Source: Chiloscyllium plagiosum (Eukaryota). Taken from it: a stretch of 64,000 nucleotides of DNA. The stretch is taken from contig NC_057718.1 in assembly GCF_004010195.1 (NCBI RefSeq), forward strand, positions 78,002,904-78,066,903, given 5' to 3'. The notes under the pieces were generated by a model. It was not told the DNA's origin and did no database searches. It saw only the letters and a program-made list of their open reading frames with translations. The position numbers were made by a program, and so were the translations under genes. This document shows, one piece after another, positions 63,331 to 64,000 of the stretch (the stretch's first letter is position 1; each line of letters begins with the position of its first letter).

Positions 63331-64000
63331 GCTGTTTTATCTTCCTTTATAAGCTGGTTGATTCTAGCTCATTGCCCAGATGCTTGCAGGAACTAGTTGA
63401 GTATCTTGTGCAGCTCTGTTTTTCCTCCATGTGAGCTTGAAATTTAATTACCAGCAAATGGAAAATCCAAGCAAGTTACACAGCTGCCTAATACTTTACA
63501 GACTCTCATCTAGGAGTTGACATTTTGTTTTGGGTTTTATAAGTGCAGCCTATGCTCCACTTTATGAGCAACCAAAGAAACTTGCTGTTTGAATGATTAG
63601 CCAATCGCTCATACATGCAGCCTGTGTACCTGGCACTGTACTGGCTGAGTAAGTAAAATGCAGTGTTGCTTAGTTGTATGGTAGGTAAAATGCTCTTTGA
63701 ACAGATGACAGTATCCTTATAATATCTGTCACCACTGCAAAGCAACAACATGAAATTGATGGGGGGGGGGGGGGGGCGGTGTGGAGGTGATGGCGGGCGA
63801 AGTCCTGTGCATGCTAATTACAACAGAATCAATTCAAAATAATCCAAGGAGCTTGCTAGACATGTCAAGCTCTTCATTTCAGGAACTCATTTCCTGTAAA
63901 ATAAAGGAATTTCTCAAACCTTGTGCTTTTTTGAATTACCAGCCAGCTCAGGTAACCAGTGCTTCTTCCCATTGGTTGAGGTGTTACCATGGAGAAAGCA

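Noticed and set aside
63762..63777. Poly-G run, possible G-quadruplex
   Set aside because: Simple homopolymer prone to sequencing error; no supporting context

Overview
Eukaryotic (not microbial) genomic DNA, most likely from a cartilaginous fish, judging by HE1/V-SINE-like SINEs, CR1 LINEs and abundant Penelope-like elements. The whole window lies inside one + strand gene, afadin (AFDN/MLLT4/AF-6). Fourteen internal coding exons (13983-61386, 1880 nt, about 627 codons) splice into one open frame covering the FHA domain, the Dilute (DIL) domain and the start of the PDZ domain. The gene begins and ends outside the window. Introns are filled with decayed and nested transposable elements: an L1 5' end, many CR1 fragments, tRNA-derived SINEs, a TIR MITE, a solo LTR and several Penelope-like families. 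There are two assembly gaps. Most notable: (i) a candidate alternative last exon with polyA signals just before the PDZ exon; (ii) hammerhead-ribozyme cores in Penelope terminal repeats, some in the sense orientation of the pre-mRNA, including a 121-bp TSD-flanked solo unit; (iii) a conserved 21-nt microexon and a second candidate 21-nt microexon; (iv) a GC-AG intron; (v) several hairpins. Family names and protein comparisons come from recognition and recall, not database searches. Repeat boundaries are approximate unless a TSD or TIR is quoted.
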